In this document: positions 58,916 through 64,000 of the stretch, piece after piece
How the letters are laid out: the number at the start of each line of letters is the position of its first letter
How positions within the stretch are numbered: the first letter of the stretch is position 1
Assembly (NCBI GenBank): GCA_051532035.1
Contig: JAOPTW010000001.1
Coordinates: 21,128-85,127 of the forward strand
From: Fibrobacterales bacterium
GTDB taxonomy: Bacteria; Fibrobacterota; Fibrobacteria; Fibrobacterales; JAOPTW01
Direction of reading: 5' to 3'
Length of the DNA stretch: 64,000 bases
Position numbers and translations under genes: made by a program
The notes under the pieces: model-generated
Seen by the model: only the letters and a program-made list of their open reading frames with translations
Databases searched by the model: none
What the model was told of the DNA's origin: nothing

Positions 58916-59647
58916 ATGAGCCAGAATCGTTTTTACACTCTTTTGAATACTGCCTATGATGAATTGTTTCCTCTGAAAGAGGTGACTAAGACTTTTTTTG
59001 ATTGTTATCTCAATCGTGATGCACACGTATTGGATATTGGGTGCGCGACAGGATCACTGAGTTCATTTTTTGCAAAAAGGGTTCAAAAAGTAGTAGGACT
59101 TGATGTAAACCAAGCACTGTTAGAGCATGCAACTAATGAAGCGCACCGACGAGGTGTTGTTATCGATTTCCATAAAGCTTCTATGGTTGACCTGCAAGAG
59201 TATGTGAATTCTAATTCACAGTCCCTTATCAGTTGTATTGGCAATACATTACCACATCTGCATAACGATGAACAATGTATTGCTTTTTTAACAGCCTGCA
59301 AGCACACTCTGGTACAAGGGTGTCCTCTTATCCTCCAGATAGTCAATTATGATTGGGTATTGTCTGATGACATTAAAGAACTCCCCCTTATAGAAACAGA
59401 ATCATATCACTTTAGACGCAGTTATTCAAAAGTACGCACTGATGGTCTCATTGACTTTTCCATGGTTTTGAAAGATATAACAACTGGAAAAAAGTCGAAA
59501 TCGACTATACAGCTCAATCCAATAACTCAAGAAAAGTTGGTGTTTTATCTCAAAACTGCTGGATTTCATGGGATTTCACTCTACGGATCTTTCGAGAGAG
59601 AACCGCTAGGGACTCAGTCAAAGGGCTTAATCATTGAGGCCTTATAG
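58916..59647 (+). CDS. Class I SAM-dependent methyltransferase
   Basis: VLDIGCATG, CIGNTLPHL, LQIVNYD. Confidence 0.9.
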   Translation: MSQNRFYTLLNTAYDELFPLKEVTKTFFDCYLNRDAHVLDIGCATGSLSSFFAKRVQKVVGLDVNQALLEHATNEAHRRGVVIDFHKASMVDLQEYVNSNSQSLISCIGNTLPHLHNDEQCIAFLTACKHTLVQGCPLILQIVNYDWVLSDDIKELPLIETESYHFRRSYSKVRTDGLIDFSMVLKDITTGKKSKSTIQLNPITQEKLVFYLKTAGFHGISLYGSFEREPLGTQSKGLIIEAL

Positions 59648-59786
59648 GTAGTTCAGAAAGATCAAAATATTAAATTGAAATTATTCTTCTAAAAAAAGTA
59701 AAAGTCTCGATTCCTTTCCAAGAGAGTAGTATAATAGTGCGATAGAACTAGAATATTACTCTCACACTAAACAGTAGGAATCTCTG

Positions 59787-61412
59787 ATGAATCCTGATAT
59801 ACAGCAAAAAGTTTTTGATCTTACAGAAGCTATTAAAGAAGTAGATTTTGAAACGGTTGAACTTCTTATTAAAGACCTTTTGAAAGGTGATGATAAAAGA
59901 GTAATCCAGAAAGTGATTGTAGAGCTTAGTAAGATAGATCAAAACCTTATTGAAGCGCTCTCATACTATTTGTCGAGAAATATTGACACCATTAATGAAG
60001 TTCCGGTATTACAGGAAATTTTATTTGCAAAAATACTCGTCAGTCCAAGCACCATAATTGACTTATTAGAAAAAACTGATGATGCTGAAGAGCGTAAGTT
60101 TTATGTCTATGTTATTGGTGAGCTTCGTATAGAAATGGCTATACCGGTGTTGGAAAAACAACTAGCCCGTACAACCTCTGAATCCTATATTGTTTTTATT
60201 ATAAAGGCCTTGGGGAAGGTAGGGGACGCGGCAGATGCTCGTATGATTTCGGATTTTTTATATGCTCCGAGTCGATCTCTCATAACTGAAGCTATTAGAG
60301 CTCTCGGTGCAATTGGGAGTCACACTGCAATAAAGCAACTTGCAGAGAGGATGGGGACAGACGCTGAATTTGATTCAATTATTATCGATCAGTTTGCTAA
60401 AGTACAAGATCACTTGAGTATCGAGAAATTGAATGAGACTATGGCTTCTCATACTGCTCATATTAGAACCTATGGTAAGACAAAGCTCATAGATATTGGT
60501 CCCAAAGTACTGCCCGTTATTTTAGAAAATTTAGTAAGTGATGATAGTGATTTTGTGATTCATACGTTAAATGTCTTGGCCGAGATGGATGATGAGTCGG
60601 CTATTAAGCCCATTAGAGACCTGCTTCACAGTGAGCCTCATGATGCGAATGTTCGTTTTGCAGCCTATGAAGCACTCGGAAAACTACCCTTTCAAAAAGT
60701 TGCATATGCACTTGCAGACGGACTCAATGATCCCATTGATAACGTACGAGTAGCGGCTGCAAAAGCGATAAACAACAACTACTCTGAAGTATTGGGAGCG
60801 GGAGTTAAAAATTTAATCCATTCATCAGCATTCAACAGTGATGAAATTATTTCGGCAATTGTAGAGTCTGAATCTGACCATATCTTTATGACTCTTATTG
60901 GTGATGATGATTTTAAAGAGAGAATATTTACATATATTCGTGAACAGGCTCATGCTGAAGTAGTCAAATTTTTTACGGTAATATTAACTAAGAATAATCA
61001 GGCAGAGTTAGTTCTTGAGTTACAAAATGTGATAGAGAAGGAAAGTACAGAAGTACTGATTTATGCAGTTGATGATTCTCGTATGATACTGAATATTTAT
61101 CGAAGCGCACTCCATAAACTCGGTTTTGAGTGTAAGCTTTTTGAATTCCCTGAAACCGTACTTCAACAGGTTGAGAGCGATAGGCCCAAATTGATTTTTA
61201 CCGATCTCAACATGCCAGTCTATTCGGGAATCGATCTCACAAAAGAACTGCGAAAGACATATACAAAAGATGAGCTTCCTATTGTAATGGTGACTACTCA
61301 AAGTGATATTCAAGATAAAAATGCTGCAACTGATGCAGGAGTAAATATTGTTTTAAATAAACCGTTCACTCCCGATGACTTAAAAGAGGCCCTGAATCAA
61401 TTTGGCTTATAA
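59787..61412 (+). CDS. HEAT-repeat protein with C-terminal response regulator receiver
   Basis: Repeated ALG.., VRFAAYEALG and VRVAAA HEAT units. AVDDS, TDLNMP, TT, KPF receiver. Confidence 0.85.
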   Translation: MNPDIQQKVFDLTEAIKEVDFETVELLIKDLLKGDDKRVIQKVIVELSKIDQNLIEALSYYLSRNIDTINEVPVLQEILFAKILVSPSTIIDLLEKTDDAEERKFYVYVIGELRIEMAIPVLEKQLARTTSESYIVFIIKALGKVGDAADARMISDFLYAPSRSLITEAIRALGAIGSHTAIKQLAERMGTDAEFDSIIIDQFAKVQDHLSIEKLNETMASHTAHIRTYGKTKLIDIGPKVLPVILENLVSDDSDFVIHTLNVLAEMDDESAIKPIRDLLHSEPHDANVRFAAYEALGKLPFQKVAYALADGLNDPIDNVRVAAAKAINNNYSEVLGAGVKNLIHSSAFNSDEIISAIVESESDHIFMTLIGDDDFKERIFTYIREQAHAEVVKFFTVILTKNNQAELVLELQNVIEKESTEVLIYAVDDSRMILNIYRSALHKLGFECKLFEFPETVLQQVESDRPKLIFTDLNMPVYSGIDLTKELRKTYTKDELPIVMVTTQSDIQDKNAATDAGVNIVLNKPFTPDDLKEALNQFGL

Positions 61413-61444
61413 ATAAGGAATAGAATGGCGCTGCGTTCGTGTAA

Positions 61445-62002
61445 TTAAAAAATTGTTTCTATCAGAACCCAGTCAAGAAGATGGGCGGTGCACCCCTCAC
61501 CTGTACATTGCTCAAAATTGACCCCTTTCATAAAGTACTCAGTACTATGACACTGAGAACACTCATAGAGCCCTGCAATCGCACAACAAGTGGGGTTGTC
61601 TGAATAATCAGTTCCGTTAGAAATGTCGACAATACTCAATTGATCAATGGGAGTGCCCATGATGTGAGTAAAGGCTATTTTATGGTTCTTGTTTGCAAAA
61701 AATTGACCCCTCTGTTGATACATTGCAATTGAGTCATTGATATATGCTTTATTGAGGGCTGCTTCAATTTCTGAATCAACACCGACAAGGCAAAATTTTA
61801 CACCACGGTCTTCGTAATCAGAGAGGAGTGAGACGAGTGATATGATATAGAGGTAATCAATTTCGTGAAGGAGTGCAATGTTAAGGGCAATTCTATAGCA
61901 GTGGTTTTTAATGACCGTATCAATGGTGAAGGTAAGCTCTTCAATAGAACTTTCTTTACTCTCATTTGGTTTAAAAATTATTTCGAGGTACTGCTCAATC
62001 AC
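61445..62002 (-). CDS. STAS-like domain protein with C-terminal Cys-rich zinc ribbon
   Basis: N-terminal anti-sigma-antagonist-like pattern. AGLYECSQC...F.QC...GC...W. Confidence 0.55.
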   Translation of the reverse strand: MIEQYLEIIFKPNESKESSIEELTFTIDTVIKNHCYRIALNIALLHEIDYLYIISLVSLLSDYEDRGVKFCLVGVDSEIEAALNKAYINDSIAMYQQRGQFFANKNHKIAFTHIMGTPIDQLSIVDISNGTDYSDNPTCCAIAGLYECSQCHSTEYFMKGVNFEQCTGEGCTAHLLDWVLIETIF

Positions 62003-62090
62003 AACGGTTACCTTAGGTTATCTAGTTGAAATATAATAAATCAGATTATACAGATAGGTACTCAGTGTGTGATGTTCAAAAAATTATTAT

Positions 62091-62276
62091 TTAGTAATGA
62101 GGTGGCGGGGTGTTTTCGACGCTTCCGTTCTCTCCAATACCCTCTTGAACCTTAAAAATAAGCTGCTCAAGTGCATCAATTTGGTTTTGTTGCTGAGTTA
62201 TAATGTTATTGAGGGTGTCGATCATATCCTCTTGATAACTAAATTTTTTCTCAAGCTCGATTATGCGATCTTCCAT
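62091..62276 (-). CDS. slyX: SlyX family protein
   Basis: RI.ELE.K.SYQED.I..LN..I..QQ..ID, C-terminal PPPHY. Confidence 0.92.
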   Translation of the reverse strand: MEDRIIELEKKFSYQEDMIDTLNNIITQQQNQIDALEQLIFKVQEGIGENGSVENTPPPHY

Positions 62277-62397
62277 ACAGCCTCATCTAATATTTCTATA
62301 TTTATAGCAAATATAGAAATTCACTTAAAAGCCGTCCTATAATTGCGAAATTGGTTCAGAATAATGATAATTACCGTAATTGGAGCAGAAGGGCTAT

Positions 62398-63093
62398 ATG
62401 CGACTCGATAAATTTATAGCAGATACCACAAACTTGTCTCGAAAAGAGGCGGGAAAAGTTATCAAACAAGGCCGTATCACCGTTGCTGGCAAGGTGAATA
62501 AAAAGGCTTCTGATCACGTAGATCTTGATTCTGAAGTGACGATTGACGATGACCTACTCACCCTACGTACTGATATTTATATTATGATGCATAAACCGAA
62601 AGGGGTCATTTGTAGTACTAAAGACTCTCATAATGAGACGGTTCTTGCTTTTCTGGATGAGGATATTAAAATGCGTGCACCAGCAGCTGCGGGAAGGCTT
62701 GATAAAGATGTTACAGGGCTCGTGCTCCTTACCAATGATGGAGTATGGAACCACAACATCACTTCTCCACGAAAAGACAAGTTTAAGATATATCAAGTGA
62801 TTGCTCGGGACCTTCTTTCTGAAAATGATGTTACTCTTTTTAAAAAGGGAATAACTCTTTCCGGGGATGATACCCCCTGTAAGCCTGCGGAGTTGATACT
62901 CAAAGGTGGGTGTGAGGCTGAACTCCGCATTACTGAAGGCCGCTATCATCAGGTAAAACGTATGTTTGAAGAAATTGGAAATGAGGTTGTGGAACTGCAT
63001 CGGACCGAAATTGCAGGTATTGTACTTGATAACGATTTACAGCCTGGGCAATGGAGAGAACTCACTGAAGAAGAGATTGCGGTAGGGCGATAA
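62398..63093 (+). CDS. rsuA: 16S rRNA pseudouridine(516) synthase RsuA family
   Basis: S4 domain MRLDKFI, HKPKG, GRLDKD.TGL.LLTNDG, EGRYHQVKRMF. Confidence 0.9.
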   Translation: MRLDKFIADTTNLSRKEAGKVIKQGRITVAGKVNKKASDHVDLDSEVTIDDDLLTLRTDIYIMMHKPKGVICSTKDSHNETVLAFLDEDIKMRAPAAAGRLDKDVTGLVLLTNDGVWNHNITSPRKDKFKIYQVIARDLLSENDVTLFKKGITLSGDDTPCKPAELILKGGCEAELRITEGRYHQVKRMFEEIGNEVVELHRTEIAGIVLDNDLQPGQWRELTEEEIAVGR

Positions 63094-63100
63094 GAGGTCT

Positions 63101-63985
63101 TTAAAAACAGACCTGATTGCGTCCCTTGTTTTTTGCTTTATAGAGAGCTCTATCTGCAGCTTTAATCACTTCATCAGTGGTAATCAGTTGGTCACTGCGC
63201 TCTGCAACCCCCATACTTACAGTAATCTGAACAATTCTCGCAATTTTAAAGGTTGAACGGTGCTGTTTACCTTTTGAGTTTCTTTTGGGTCTGAGGCGAC
63301 TCCGTATTGACATCTGATATTCAGAGACAGATTGTCTGAGGTCCTCTATATGAGGGACAGCCTTTTTTATCGATGTTCTATTAAAGACAACGGCAAATTC
63401 TTCGCCTCCATATCGGAAAGCTTGACCACCTCCGGTAACTTGGCGTACTTTTGAAGCAACCAATTGAAGTACTTGATCACCTACATCATGTCCGTAATCA
63501 TCATTAAATTTTTTGAAATGATCAATATCGACCATGGCAATTGAGTAATTACGTCCGAGTGAGAGTAAATACTCGTTAAGCGCACGTCGACCTGGAATAT
63601 TGGTCAGTTCATCACGATAGGCCATATTGTATGATGTTTGCAATATTCCAATAAGGAGGGTTAAAGCTGCCCCCATATAGCCAATCAGGAACTGAAGGTC
63701 ATGCTGGGCACTACTGTAGGTAGCCATTAAAATGATTAATGAACCAACAATACTTCCTTCAATATGAGAGTGTTTATAGAGCCATTTAGCAATGCCAACT
63801 ACTAATGCTAGGGCAAGGAGGATAACAGCGAGGTCGGGGAGCCCTTCATAAGCACCCTTCGTTGATGACCAGATATCCATTCCAAAGAAGTTGCGCGCAA
63901 TACCTGAATTACGGTGAGTGAGGGAGTAGAGAATAAAGAGCTCGAGAGCGAGAAGGAGGGCTTTTATAAGGCCTGAGCTACTCAT
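63101..63985 (-). CDS. Membrane-bound diguanylate cyclase (GGDEF), possibly 5'-truncated by the window edge
   Basis: TM helices, DELT.IP.RR, DIDHFK.FND.YGH.VGD, RYGGEEF. Frame stays open to position 64000. Confidence 0.9.
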   Translation of the reverse strand: MSSSGLIKALLLALELFILYSLTHRNSGIARNFFGMDIWSSTKGAYEGLPDLAVILLALALVVGIAKWLYKHSHIEGSIVGSLIILMATYSSAQHDLQFLIGYMGAALTLLIGILQTSYNMAYRDELTNIPGRRALNEYLLSLGRNYSIAMVDIDHFKKFNDDYGHDVGDQVLQLVASKVRQVTGGGQAFRYGGEEFAVVFNRTSIKKAVPHIEDLRQSVSEYQMSIRSRLRPKRNSKGKQHRSTFKIARIVQITVSMGVAERSDQLITTDEVIKAADRALYKAKNKGRNQVCF

Positions 63986-64000
63986 CAGTACTCTGTTTTT

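Noticed and set aside
1..64000. CRISPR arrays, tRNA/rRNA genes, transposases, integrases, prophage
   Set aside because: I saw no spaced direct repeats, RNA gene signatures or recombinase motifs. Phage-like folds are accounted for by the T6SS.

Overview
AT-rich bacterial chromosomal window. The host is probably non-proteobacterial, tentatively Fibrobacterota-like, inferred only from the style of its accessory proteins. I found no rRNA, tRNA, CRISPR array or IS. From left to right it contains: (1) DUF4416, Nif3 and a 2366-aa secreted tandem Ig/cadherin-like repeat protein; (2) a ~33-kb type VI secretion region: an orphan divergent TssB-TssC fusion-like gene, a minus-strand DUF2169-PAAR(+TTR)-LysM-998 aa putative effector operon with a convergent lipoprotein, a few envelope genes, and a core tssK-L-M-A-B-C-hcp-E-F-G-H-vgrG-DUF2169 operon with no recognisable tssJ; (3) a WYL regulator and GyrI-like gene sharing a PafBC-type promoter/operator; (4) an MNIO (DUF692)/DUF2063 RiPP-type cluster whose precursor is a lipoprotein with two duplicated 6-Cys modules, next to a second Cys/Lys-rich secreted peptide; (5) redox and stress genes (rubrerythrin-like, CDGSH-MarR-YceI); (6) a five-gene two-component signalling operon that includes a pseudokinase; (7) methyltransferase, HEAT-REC, STAS-Zn ribbon, slyX, rsuA and a GGDEF gene. 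All family assignments come from motif recognition by eye, not database searches.
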